Shown here: piece after piece, positions 1 through 21,466 of the stretch
Position numbering within the stretch: the stretch's first letter is position 1
How the letters are laid out: every line of letters begins with the position of its first letter
Notes under the pieces: generated by a model
Told to the model about the DNA's origin: nothing
Databases searched by the model: none
Seen by the model: only the letters and a program-made list of their open reading frames with translations
From: Eledone cirrhosa
Lineage: Eukaryota
Length of the DNA: 64,000 bases
Reading direction: 5' to 3'
Assembly (NCBI GenBank): GCA_964016885.1
Contig: OZ024748.1
Span: forward strand, 2,108,001 to 2,172,000
Program-made: the position numbers and the translations under genes

Positions 1-336
1 TCAAATTGAGTGTGACAACCCATCTGTGACGGCAGTGGCTCAAATTGAGTGTGACAACCCATCTGTGACGGCAGTGGCTCAAATTGAGTGTGACAACCCA
101 TCTGTGATGGCAGTGACTCAAATTGAGTGTGACAACCCATCTGTGACGGCAGTGGCTCAAATTGAGTGTGACAACCCATCTGTGACGGCAGTGGCTCAAA
201 TTGAGTGTGACAACCCATCTGTGACGGCAGTGGCTCAAATTGAGTGTGACAACCCATCTGTGATGGCAGTGACTCAAATTGAGTGTGACAACTCATCTGT
301 GACGGCAGTGGCTCAAATTGAGTGTGACAACCCATC
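1..336. repeat. 39-bp minisatellite, ~8.6 copies (runs off the window start)
   Basis: Unit TCAAATTGAGTGTGACAACCCATCTGTGACGGCAGTGGC repeated nearly perfectly. Confidence 0.95.
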
Positions 337-461
337 CAATCATTTGGTGTTGGTTTTTCCATACTAGCATATACATAAATACACATATGTGTTGTAAATA
401 CATATAGATTTCCACATACACACAAATATATATATACATATATAAATACACACACACTGAA

Positions 462-990
<529 letters not shown>

Positions 991-1538
991 GGGTGGATTC
1001 CCAATGGGGATAAGGAAATTACCATACTTGGAAAAAAGCGCTCAATATGTTGGTAGAGTGTAGGTATCTTTATTTTATATAGGGATGACTTCTACAAGAT
1101 CAGCATTGTTTCATTTGTTCTGTAGAAGTAATTTCTCTCTACGTATAATAATACATGCACACATATTGATCTCAATAAGCTGAGAAATAAGCCAAATACT
1201 GGTTCATTTGGGAAGAAGACATATGAAGGGTAAACAGTTATGTATAGCCCCAGGTCAGCCTTAAATAAACAAACCTGTAATTAATGGTATTCCAGCTATG
1301 TTCATCTCACTATTCTCTCAGGCATTGCATGTCTAGGATTACAATATCCAATGTGTTGATCATTTTTCATGATGGTGAAGGGAGGAAGTTTTCTGTTTCA
1401 TGCTGTAATGATTTTGATAATTTGTATGTATTCCAGTCAATATATATATAGTTAGTATATCATTGACATTCCATGATCAACATTATATATCAATGGATGA
1501 TCTTTATTGATCTTTCTCCAGAAAGTCTCGTATATATT

Positions 1539-2114
1539 CCAGATCTAGAGAGCTAGGTAAACTGAAGCAATGTAAGACAAATTATTAGGTCCAGATCTGG
1601 ACAGCCAGGTAAACTGAAGCAATGTAAGACAAATTATTAGGTCCAGATCTGGACAGCCAGGTAAACTGAAGCAATGTAAGACAAATTATTAGGTCCAGAT
1701 CTGGACAGCCAGGTAAACTGAAGCAATGTAAGACAAATTGTTAGGTCCAGATCTGGATAACCAGGTAAACTGAAGCAATGTAAGACAAATTATTAGGTCC
1801 AGATCTGGACAGCCAGGTAAACTGAAGCAATGTAAGATAAATTGTTAGGTCCAGATCTGGACAGCCAGGTAAACTGAAGCAATGTAAGACAAATTGTTAG
1901 GTCCAGATCTGGATAACCAGGTAAACTGAAGCAATGTAAGACAAATTGTTAGGTCCAGATCTGGACAGCCAGGTAAACTGAAGCAATGTAAGACAAATTG
2001 TTAGGTCCAGATCTGGATAACCAGGTAAACTGAAGCAATGTAAGACAAATTATTAGGTCCAGATCTGGACAGCTAGGTAAACTGAAGCAATGTAAGATAA
2101 ATTGTTAGGTCCAG
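1539..2114. repeat. 52-bp minisatellite, ~11 copies
   Basis: Unit CCAGATCTGGACAGCCAGGTAAACTGAAGCAATGTAAGACAAATT(A/G)TTAGGT; copies start at 1539, 1591, 1643 and so on. Confidence 0.95.
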
Positions 2115-2169
2115 TTTTAGTTGACATTAGCCATATTTCAAATAAGTATTTCAACTACTATTTTCGAAA

Positions 2170-2310
2170 AGAAGGGCACATTAGATAGAGTGGTTCTGGG
2201 TACACAGTGCCTGGAAATGGAATGAGATGGTCATAGTTAGAATTTCTTTAATCATAGGTCTGCATGATCAGGTCTTCACCCTGGACTAAACAACTACAAC
2301 AACTACTGCT
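2170..2310 (+). mobile_element. Interspersed repeat, probable retroposon 3' end with (CAA)n-like tail
   Basis: GAGATGGTCATAG(T/C)TAGAAT motif recurs at ~35420 and, inverted, at ~1240-1380; this copy ends AAACAACTACAACAAC. Confidence 0.5.
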
Positions 2311-2883
2311 ATTAGTCTATATAAAGAGTGATGTGCTCATGCAAGGAGTTTCTATCAAATAGCTTATAAAATAGGATGAAGACTCTTTAAAGACAGAAAA
2401 AGTAGTTACCATCAGCTGTTATTAGTCTAATTGCCTTTATATATTGGCACTAAATAACAGTTTGCAATTTTAATCTGTAATCAAGGCAGTAAGAATATGT
2501 AAGACACTTTTTCTTTTCTATTTTTGTTTCTGAAGTTCAGTATGTGATTTTACAGTTGTTCTTTGAATTTCAATGAGAAAACCTTATTTATTACTTTGAG
2601 ATTGGCTCTGTTTTGGGGATAAAATAATGAATATATATATATATACACACACATACACATGCATATGTGCGTACATACGTACACATACATGCATTCGCGG
2701 GTATTGTTAGACATACATACACATTAACATGCACACAGTCAGATGTGCATTCATACACTTAAAACCTATTTACAAATACTAACATCTACTTACACAAAAA
2801 ATATATATTTACATTGGCTCAAACTTGTGTACATATGTTAACATTCACATACACACACTCACACACACACACACACACACTCA

Positions 2884-2974
<91 letters not shown>

Positions 2975-3104
2975 TTAACTTAAGTTTATACCAACACAGA
3001 CATCCATACCCATACATATGGAATATATATATGTGTGTATATATATATACATATATATACACACACACATATATATATATGCATATATGCATGTGTATGT
3101 ATAC

Positions 3105-3170
<66 letters not shown>

Positions 3171-5536
3171 GTGTGTATATATATATTTATATATATATAT
3201 ATACATACACACGCACACACACATATATACATGTATGTACATATATTTCTATGCATCTGTGTGTGTGTATGTATAACTTACACAGATTTATTGCAGAAGC
3301 AACAAGATTACTTCTGTTCATGCAACAAAATTGAAAAGTAGATTTTAGAAAGAAATATACAATTATAATAATGCTATTCTCTATAAATGTATATTTTACT
3401 GAATTTTATTTTTTACTCATATTTTATATTTATTTTTGGCATATAATTTTTGATAAAAAATTTTTTACCATTTCACATTATAATGAAAGCATGATATAAC
3501 ATTGCTGTGAATTCCTATTTTGGAAGGATGTTCAATATTATGAGGTGATTCAGACTATGTACAACAGCAGAAGTATAAACCTTATGGTAAAACTGAACAC
3601 TTTTCTTCATCTTCCTTTTCTTCTTCTTCTTCTTCTTACCATTATTAGAGAACAACTACTTCAAACTCACCTTTATTATATCTGCCTACCCTAACAGTGC
3701 TTTATATTTTTTCATATAAATTTCTAATACTTTTTTTTGTTTTACTATAGGGGCATATTTTTTCTTTCTTCTTCTTTCTCTTTCTTATTGACTTTAATAA
3801 CTCTTCATGCCTTAGGAATATTTTGAACTTTCTTAGTGGTCGACTGTTGCTAGGCAAATCTTGTTGCTAAGTATTTCGTTAGAAGATATAGGATTTTTAA
3901 TAGATCTTAATTCACCGTTAGTTAATTTTTGCTGAAAGGGGGTCATTATTAGGCTTATATCGCAGCTAATCTGTTGAACAGGTTTCTGAACAGAGAGGGA
4001 CCACTCGTTTTTCTCTGTTTGCTCATATCTTTTGTGTAGGCATCCACATGTTAGGAGGATAACATTTTATTTCAATTTCATTCAATTCTGTTTTTTAATA
4101 AAGTTTTATATCAATTTTACTTCAATTCTACAAAAAAATTTGAAATAAAAATTCATGAGATCTGATCTAGAATGGCTACACTATATCAGTGTGTTGTAAG
4201 GTGAGCCTAAAAGGGTTGTGACCAAGAAAGGTACCCAAGAAATCCATGGTGGCCCACAAGGTTAAAAGCAAGGAAAGTGGGGCTAAAATGCTTGTATTTG
4301 TTGTTCAATTCTAAATTAATAACATTTTTTTTTTACTTGAAAAAAGAAAAAATGTTATTCCCATGCTGATTTCTAAACAAGTCAATTAAGTATTAGTGAA
4401 ACCTTTATAATGTTTCAAATGTGCACAACATTCTTTAAATATAGTCCCTATATACATTTCTATAGTTCTGAGAAAACATATTTACCAGAGTCTTTCTGTA
4501 AAATTTGTCTTGATAAGTATCGTATGATATAGTTTAGGTCAACATGACTTTTAGCTTATAGTACATTACCTTTGTAATACCAAGCCAGCCATACACAATT
4601 TATTATTGACTTGGCTGAATGACTTTCTTCAGCTCAATCCTACATAACAGCCATGTCTTCTAACTTAATTGAATTTTGATTAGGTGTTAAAAGATATTAT
4701 TAGTGTGTGGTTTGTGTAGTGTGTGGTTTGTGTCAGTGTGAATGTCAGCAAAAACATCTGGCAATAAATTATAGGACATCAAATATCTCCTTTTGTCACC
4801 AAATCATATCAGCATGATTGGAAAAATAGAAAACAGTTGATAGAACACAATATATATTTGAAATGGAACAGAACCCAAGATTTACTACATTATCTTTAAA
4901 CATGTCTGACATTGAGTGATGACATTTAAGCAGAATAACCTGTTATATACATCAAGAGGTCTGCTGTCTGAGTCACTTTCAGTTTCACTGTACAAGATGG
5001 ATCATTTCATTGTAGCAGGCATCATATCAAAAACCTTTTACAGCTTTGCTGTGAGGTACTTTATATTTTTATATAGACATCTTCTTTTAGTACTTAACAC
5101 AGTTCAAATCTTTCCATAGATGTAATTTGATGAGAGATGGGCTTCAACAAGCTAGCTTCACTTAAATATATTATATCAAGATAAAATGTTTTTTTCACTG
5201 ATTTATTTTCTACTACAGCTGTTTCATTGAGACTTGACTGGAGAATGTGTGGACTAAGGGGGATGCAGGACCAGTAGGTTAAACTAGAGTGGGGAGATGT
5301 AGACAGGCCAATTAATTTTTTAATTCTTTCCGTTGCTTGCAAGTATATAATGTAAACTGCACATTATGTATACCTGTAACACAAACATAGATCATACGTA
5401 TTTAGCATAGGTTATTAAAATACTTAATGAGCAGTTTGAAACAAGGGCTCACATGTCACATATGGCCAGGGCTTATTATTATTTTTTTTTTTAGGTGGGG
5501 GTCTACACATTGCATCAGGCTTGGGTCTATTACCAG

Positions 5537-5736
5537 CAGGGCCAGATTAAGCTCTTTTGAGACCCTAAGTACTTAAAAGAGTATGTTGCCCCCCCCCCCC
5601 CCCCCCCCATTTTAAAGTCGGCAACAAAATGTTTTTTCTAGAATGATAAATACAATAATTTTGAATAAAATGGTGCCCCTCTTCCCTTGATGCTCTAAAC
5701 CATTGTTTATTTTGTTTAATGGTTAATCCAGCCCTA
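5537..5736. mobile_element. MITE with CAGGGCC(G/A)GATTAA-type TIRs
   Basis: 5' CAGGGCCAGATTAA and 3' TTAATCCAGCCCT; internal AAATGGTGCCCCTC is shared with the copy at 63702-63891. Confidence 0.7.
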
Positions 5737-6920
5737 ATGACCAGCTTTGCATGAACGTGGAGACCAGTTATACCTGGAATTATATTATAGGTCACACCAG
5801 GGATTATTGAATAGTTAAAGTAAAAAAAAAACAACCCAAAGAAACTGAAGTAGTGTTAGTGCATCAGGTGTTGTCTCTATTGAAAATTGATATGCTTCAT
5901 CTTATACTTTGACTGATTCATGGTGGAGTCGACTAATATCAGTCTCCTTCAATATTAGTGAATCTATACTATTATTACACGGTAGCAGTATAATAACTGT
6001 GAAGAACGGTATTGTCAGTATTGCCCTATAATAGGTGTGATGAACTGGACAATATAACTGCTGCCATTAAGGAGAAAACATATCTAACTAACATAGCAAC
6101 TAAAAAGACATTAACTGATGGACAAATTATCAAGTTGGCAAGGTGAGATCACTGCAGCCATCTTTGATTCGTTTTTTTTTTTTGTTAGTTGCTTTTATTA
6201 TTATTACTATTTTTTTTTTCCAAGGATATTTCTTAGGAAGGAAATATAAATATATATCTGTTATGAAGCAGAGACATCAGATATTTCAAAATGACAATAT
6301 ATCTGTTATAAAGCAGAGAGAGAGTATCAGCAACACTGCAGCATTAGAAAACAGTTTTATAGGATGGCAGCAGGATAAGCAATCTGTCAGGCCGATGGTG
6401 TTTGAAGTGGGGAATTTAAAATTAGTTTAGTAAAGAGAATTGATTGTAGTGAAAATTTTTACAGTGACGTCTGCACTGAGAAAGAATATAAAGAGATGGC
6501 AGTGTTGCAGTAGATGGTCTCCATAAAAACATACTCTGGTCATTTGAAACCTCTCATGATAATCAACTTATTGTCTTCATGAGAGTTGTTAGACTTCTCT
6601 CAGTGAGATTGTCCCTTGTTGACTTCATGAGAATCATTAAATATCAATGAGTGAGATGTTCCCTTGTTACAAGACATTTTACAGAAACTAAATTACATGA
6701 GAGGCTTTACTAATTAAACTATTAAATCAATGTATATATGGGCTGGGGTAATGGGTTCAAATTTCATCACAGGCACAGCACTGTTTCTGTAAGATAAGGT
6801 ACATAGCACTACTTGTCTTTGTTTAGCTATATATATATATATATATATAATATATATATATATATATGTATATATGTGCATGCGTGTGAAACATACTATT
6901 TGTGTCTGTAAGTGTGTGTG

Positions 6921-6989
<69 letters not shown>

Positions 6990-7019
6990 ATGTATGTGTG
7001 TGTATGTGAGAGTGGGTGG

Positions 7020-7061
<42 letters not shown>

Positions 7062-7519
7062 GTTTATAGATACACACACACGTTTATAGGTTTTCAGGAT
7101 CTAATTTTTGTAGGTATCATCCATTCTTTGTATTGATGGGTAGATGAATATGTACAAAAAAAATGATGTACTCAACATAATGGAGAGATTATCACAATTA
7201 TCCGGTTCATTTAATGGTGTAACACTGACAATAATTAATCTATAATATGTATTCCATAGAGTTTGGAATTGTCATGGTTGTAGAAAAATCACTGAGGCAT
7301 ATATGTTAATGTTCAGTCTTTCATTTATCTATGATTCTGACACATCTTTCAATACAGTATGTAATAGGCCTATGAAATCTGGATAATTAGATAATCAGTT
7401 ACATCATACTGTCGGAGATTATTGTACATACATTTCTTTGAATTACTCAGATGAGATACATGTATGATAATCCCTGACATATATAGTGCATCTTTAGTAA
7501 AAAATATATAAAAATAGTG

Positions 7520-8702
7520 TACCTTGAGTAATTATGTAGAGATGTATAGTATATCTTGACTAACTATGTATAGATATATAGTATATCTTGACTAACTATA
7601 TATAGATATATAGTATATCTTGACTAACTATGTATAGATATATAGTATATCTTGACTAACTATATATAGATATATAGTATATCTTGACTAACTATGTATA
7701 GATATATAGTATATCTTGACTAACTATATATAGATATATAGTATATCTTGACTAACTATGTATAGATATATAGTATATCTTGACTAACTATATATAGATA
7801 TATAGTATATCTTGACTAACTATGTATAGATATATAGTATATCTTGACTAACTATATATAGATATATAGTATATCTTGACTAACTATGTATAGATATATA
7901 GTATATCTTGACTAACTATGTATAGATATATAGTATATCTTGACTAACTATATATAGATATATAGTATATCTTGACTAACTATGTATAGATATATAGTAT
8001 ATCTTGACTAACTATATATAGATATATAGTATATCTTGACTAACTATGTATAGATATATAGTATATCTTGACTAACTATATATAGATATATAGTATATCT
8101 TGACTAACTATATATAGATATATAGTATATCTTGACTAACTATGTATAGATATATAGTATATCTTGACTAACTATATATAGATATATAGTATATCTTGAC
8201 TAACTATATATAGATATATAGTATATCTTAAGTAACTATGTGTAGATATATAGTATATCTTGACTAACTATGTATAGATATATAGTATATCTTGACTAAC
8301 TATATATAGATATATAGTATATCTTAAGTAACTATGTATAGATATATAGTATATCTTGACTAACTATATATAGATATATAGTATATCTTGACTAACTATG
8401 TATAGATATATAGTATATCTTGACTAACTATATATAGATATATAGTATATCTTAAGTAACTATGTATAGATATATAGTATATCTTGACTAACTATATATA
8501 GATATATAGTATATCTTAAGTAACTATGTATAGATATATAGTATATCTTGACTAACTATATATAGATATATAGTATATCTTGACTAACTATATATAGATA
8601 TATAGTATATCTTGACTAACTATATATAGATATATAGTATATCTTGACTAACTATATATAGATATATAGTATATCTTAAGTAACTATGTATAGTGTATCT
8701 TG
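7520..8702. repeat. 32-bp minisatellite, ~37 copies
   Basis: Unit TAGATATATAGTATATCTTGACTAACTAT(G/A)TA. Confidence 0.95.
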
Positions 8703-9063
8703 TTTAAGTTTGTTGCTAGTTAGCATAGTATACCTTTATAGATATAGAGGATATCTTGAGTAATATCCTGTGTGTCATGGATAAGTGTATGACACTCCAG
8801 GGCCTTCATATACACCCATAGATGGACAACTTAGCACACAATATCAGTGTTATGTCCTAAAGCCATTGGCTGTTGTGGGTCTAACAACATACACTTTCTA
8901 ATGTCTTTAGCACAACTAATTATTGCTATTTATTTTCAAAAGAACCATTTTTAGTTTTTAACTAATTACTTCTGTTAGTGAATATTATAAACAGATATAC
9001 ATAGTTACATACACACCCATGCACACACACACACATATATATATATATGTATATAAATACACT

Positions 9064-9147
<84 letters not shown>

Positions 9148-10279
9148 TATAAATGTGTGTTTTGCATGCACGTATATATTTATATATTTTATGTAATTAA
9201 AAAATTTCTGTCAATTTTCGCTTCAACTAATTCATTTACAGTTAATATTTTCCCCTTTGCTAAAAATACTTAACAATCTTTAACCATATTCTCTAGCTTA
9301 AAAGCTTAGTCATTATCTGTTTAAAGCTTCTACTCTCATCAACAGCAAATATAATCTTTCCAGTGGCTTTAGTCTGTCTCTCTCTTGAAATGTTGGTACT
9401 GTTGTTATATTACTAGGGATCCACCACTGACAACATATATTAACTTTCAGGTATTCCATAAAACTCTGTGCTTTTTTTCTTTTCTCTTTCATTTTTTTTT
9501 TTACAAGTTTACTTATGTAATTATTTATTTATGTGTGTGTATGGTGGGTCCGTGAGGGAGAGAGAGAAAGAGAGAGGGATGCAATGTGTCAAATCTTAAC
9601 ACCAACAGATGCTATATCCTGGACGACTACAGATATGGAAGCACTCTAATGAAGGATGTTTCTGACGGCACTGTCACATTTGATATGTATGTATGTGTAC
9701 TTATGTACATGCACATGTATGCATGTATGTACATGTGTACATGTATATGTACATCTGCATGTTTGTATGTATGTATATGTATATGTACTTGCATATGTAT
9801 GTATGTGTTTATACACATGTATACATGTATGTACGTATGCATATGTGTTTATGCACATGTATGTATGCATATGTGTTTATGCACATGTATGCATGTATAT
9901 GTGTTCATGTATGTGTGTATATATGTATATGTGCAAACATAGATGCCACAGCATGGATCTGTATATATGGATAGTATGTGTGTATATATAGATATGCATG
10001 TCCAGACGTGTATATATGTGTTTTGCTGAGTTCTTCCTTTCATCGACATTTATTGAATATCTCTATTTCCAGTCCTATTGATGTTAGTTCTGCCATATAT
10101 AGAGATGTGTCCCATCAGTCGGCTCTGTTGTATGACTCTTAATAAATGCTTTTGAAGCAATATAAGATGGTATAAGTATCTGGATGTATGTATACATACA
10201 TATATATTGAAGTGTGTGTGCATAATGTATAGATATGTAGATGTTCCTGCATGTGTGTATATGTAGGTGTGTGAGTGTG

Positions 10280-10312
<33 letters not shown>

Positions 10313-11116
10313 ATGTATGTGTATATATATGTATATTTATATATATGTATGTATATATGAAGATGTGTGATCATGCATCAACCCAGTGAGTACCTGGTTC
10401 ACTAAATATCTAAATATATATATGACTTTATAAAAGAGGTGAATATCTTTAAAATACTACAAAGGAACTGGAATTATTATTAAAAATATAGAAAGCTAAA
10501 AAATATATAAATATGTTTAATAGTTTTAATATTTGTTTATATGTATCTCACAATAATACTAAGTAGAATAATGTACCTCATACTACATTCATCAAGGGAG
10601 GGAATCAAGAAATAGAGTTATCACCCTTAGTTATTATTTCTTTGCCAATTATTGGCTTTGAAGTGTTGCGTAAAATTGTAAATTAAATTACATATCCGAC
10701 TAAATTTTAATGACTGCCTTTTGGTTCCTATTTCGAAATAGCCGTCACCTTGGGTGTTAATACACTTACCAAGGAAGGAACATCACAAATTCTCATTTAC
10801 TCTTTATTATAAACCAAACATTGTACATACATAGTAAAGTGTGGGAATGTATACAAGCAAGATGTGGGTCTCTGGCTTGTCTGAGAGGTTAGTGGCCCTG
10901 CTAGAGTACTGGCTTGGTCTGTGACAACTCATCAGAATCTTGCTAGCATGGAGAATAGACATTAAATGATGGTAACAATGATGATGTTGATATATGATAA
11001 TATATAAACATATATATACATACATACTTGCATATATTATATTATGTTTTATATATACATATATATATATATATCAATGATATTAATAAATGGAAACTAT
11101 ATTTATAAAACATATT

Positions 11117-11177
11117 TATTCTATTATATATATTTCAAGGGTACCAAAACTTTGGTACGCTCTCATCAGATAAAATA
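11117..11177 (-). ncRNA. Minimal type I hammerhead ribozyme motif (Penelope-like-element type)
   Basis: Minus strand: TATTTTAT-CTGATGA-GAGCGTACCAAAGTTTTGGTACCCTT-GAAA-TATATA-TA^ATAGAATA. Stem I is 8 bp (one G.U), stem II is long, stem III is palindromic and the core is intact. Confidence 0.75.
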
Positions 11178-11405
11178 CAAAATTTGTTTTATAAATAGTG
11201 ACATATCCAGGAATGAGACCTTAACAGTTCAGGTTCCGTTTGGATCATCATCATCATCATCATCCTCGTTTAACGTCCATCTTCCACGCTAGCATGAGTT
11301 TGGACGGGAATGTTCCCACTTGAGGCAAGATTGGTTGTCTTGCTTGTATAGGACTGGATATATATATATATATTTAGAGAGAGAGTGATATCATCATCAT
11401 CGTTA

Positions 11406-11468
<63 letters not shown>

Positions 11469-11496
11469 ATGATGATGATGATGATATCTCTCTCTC

Positions 11497-11531
<35 letters not shown>

Positions 11532-13323
11532 AAGATAGACCTTAATCAATGATGTTGATGATATATATAACACAACTTCAGCAAGACCCAGATAGTAATG
11601 GCTTTTCTAGGGCTTTCATTTAACCCTACATATGGTACAGCTAGCTCAATATCTGAGACTTGATGACATAGCCTCAAACATTTCATTGGTGATATAGCAG
11701 ACTTAAAATATAATACCATTCTAGTTTTTGTGACAATTAACCTATAGTGGGATTTTGTTATATAGCTGAAAAGGCCATAGTACTAAAACAGTTATAGTAC
11801 TAAAATAGTCATAATGCTAAATGTCAGATGGTATGAGCTGGAATCCTAGCACCCTGGGCCAGTAGGTCTCTTATAACAAAATTTAATCCATAATTCTGAC
11901 ATGAAATCCTACCCAAACTGAATTTTCTCTTTATCCCCCTCATGTAAATATGTGGCAAAATATAAACAAAAATAACCTGGCATATATTCTTGGGGTAAAA
12001 AATAAAATGTCATGTATATCACATTTTATTCACCCACCCACGCTATGTTCATTTGTAGGCTTGTGTTTGTATAAACATTGTTTGTATGAACATTGTTTTT
12101 ATAACAAAAAGTCTATAAAAAAACAACAGAAAAATAAATCTTTTTATTAAACATTCCAACATTTATTACGAATTACAAACGTTTTGAATTATATTGAAGT
12201 CTGAAAAAATGAAAAAGTAATTGTGAGAAAAAATTGTTTAAATCCCTAACATTGTTTTGTTGTATAAGTTTTCACACCCTTTGTTTATTTTCATTGTATT
12301 TCCCGATCCTGTTTGTTTATCCTTGTATTTCAATAAATTAATATGGTGTTTAAATAATTTGTGCTTTTTTTTTTTTTGCTTTTTCTACCTGCTTTTAATT
12401 TACTAATTGTTACATTGTTAATAAAGCCCTTTGTACTTTAATATGTTATGAAGTTAGAGTTGTTCAAAACAATAAATGTCTGTGTCTTATATATATTGAA
12501 TGTGAAGAGGAACATTGATATAATAAAATTATAAGTAGATATACTATATATAATCATGTATCACACTGGTACATAAGTTACACCTCCATATAACATATGA
12601 TATTACATATATTTTACAGTGTACCATATATTTTGAATTGAGGTTTTGTTGATCCAGTAGGTACATCATATGTGTTGTTCATCATATTTCAATAGCAAAA
12701 CTATAATTCTATACCTAGTATACTGGTCAGAATTTGATATTGTTATCTCTATTGATATCCTATATCTTTATCACTTACATTCAACATATATTATTTCAGC
12801 AAAACTAACTTTATAATAAATTAATTTGATAAAACCAAACTTTGTACAAACACTTACTAACATTATTTTGACATATATTTTATATATTTATTTATTTTAG
12901 TGACTACATTTCATCAAATTATATTCTTCTTACAGTTATATGCATCTACTCTCTGTCCATGTAATTTTGATGTTAAAATTGTCATTCATAAAATAAACAC
13001 ATTTTTGTGGATTGTTTTACATAATATTTTTACTGTTAGAGAAAATGGATGTTAAATGATGATAATGATGATGATGAATATAGAACAAAGTTTGAAATAT
13101 TAGGGATGTTCACTACCTACCAAATTTAGAATTATGGAAATCCTAAGTTATATAAAGCTTACTGGCCCCTTCTTCAAATATTACACCTGATAATCTCACA
13201 AAAACTGAAAACATGTATTTAAATTGTTTTGAGATCCCTGCTAAATGTGTGGCTCTTTGCTGTAGATTGTTTAGTATTACTCATAGTTCTTTAAGTACTG
13301 TTAACATTATATATATATATATT

Positions 13324-13580
13324 GGCTGGGTGATTAAGGAGTTCACTTCAGTCATGTTATTCTGGGTTCAGTCATGTACCTTGAGCAAGTTTTTACTATA
13401 GTGTCAGCTTGATCAATGCCTTGTGAGTGGAATTTGCTAGATGGAAACTGCAGAAGTCCATCGTGTGTGAATGTGTGTGTCTATGTCTACCTTTGCGTTG
13501 TGCCTGTTTGTGCTGATGTTCTCTAACTTAGTGGTTCGACAGGAAAGAGGTTGATAAAATAAGTACTAGACTTGAAAAAA
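13324..13580 (+). mobile_element. tRNA-derived CORE-type SINE, diverged
   Basis: Degenerate A/B boxes followed by ACCTTGAGCAAG and GCCTTGTGAGTGGAATTTG...GATGGAAACTG; relatives at ~27803, ~34420, ~52660(-) and ~58920. Confidence 0.6.
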
Positions 13581-13604
13581 ACTCTAACCACTCAGCCACG
13601 TGCC

Positions 13605-13644
<40 letters not shown>

Positions 13645-13648
<4 letters not shown>

Positions 13649-13950
13649 TTTCATTCATTTCATTTTACGTCCGCTTTTTCCCTGCTTGCAAGGGTGGGAC
13701 GGAACTGATTCTGGCTTGATTTCTACAGCTGGATGCCCTTCCTAACACCAACCTCATTTTCAGTGAGTGCTGGGTGTTTTTTTGTCGTGGCACCTGCAAG
13801 ACCACTTTGCAGTGTAAACTGAGTAAACTGGAGCAATGTGAAATAAAGTGTCTTACTCAAGGAAACAACACATCACCCGGTCTGAGAGAATTGAACTCAC
13901 AACCTTTCAATTGCAAGGCCAATGTTCCAACCACTAAGCCATGTGCCTCC
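13645..13950 (-). mobile_element. tRNA-derived SINE with RTE-LINE tail
   Basis: Reverse complement closely matches the SINE at 29160-29492 (GGAGGCACATGGCTTAGTGG head, AAGCGGACGTAAAATGAAATGAA tail); flanked by (TA)n. Confidence 0.85.
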
Positions 13951-13980
13951 ATTATATATATATACAATATGCACCCACAC

Positions 13981-14205
13981 CATCCCACTGCAAAGTGGTC
14001 GTGGAGGTGCCACGGCAAAACAGCACCCAGCACTCACTGTAAATGAGGTTGGTGTTAGGAAGGGCATCCAGCTGTAAAAATCAAGCCAGAATCAGTTTGC
14101 GTATGAGTAAGACAAGGTCAGCCAAGCGGACACTGCCCACAACAGGACAACGCGTCTAACCCATGCTAGCGTGGAAGAACGGATGTAAAACGGTGATGAT
14201 GTTGA
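13981..14205 (+). mobile_element. 5'-truncated SINE of the same family, inverted relative to 13645-13950
   Basis: CCACTGCAAAGTGGTCGTGGAGGTGCCACGG...GGAAGGGCATCCAGCTGTA, ending in a (GAT)n tail. Confidence 0.8.
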
Positions 14206-21292
<7,087 letters not shown>

Positions 21293-21466
21293 AAGAGAGC
21301 GAGGGAGGGAATAAACTATCAAAGTCATACTATGAAATTACTTTCTGTGTTTTACATTACATTTTCTCAATCAAACTTAAACTTGAGATTTCTATCTTCT
21401 TTGTGAAGATTCTGCCTCCATGTTGTTGTTATCTTTATTTCTCTCTTTATTATTTACTGTTTATAT

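Noticed and set aside
3286-3337. Exon candidate (DLLQKQQDYFCSCNKIE)
   Set aside because: Weak donor (GTAGAT) and no DGK C1 or EF-hand motif. No N-terminal DGK domains were found in the window.
9417-9450. 34-nt exon candidate (DPPLTTYINFQ) that could join 24355
   Set aside because: Weak acceptor, no homology support, and it competes with the better 21706/23912 model.
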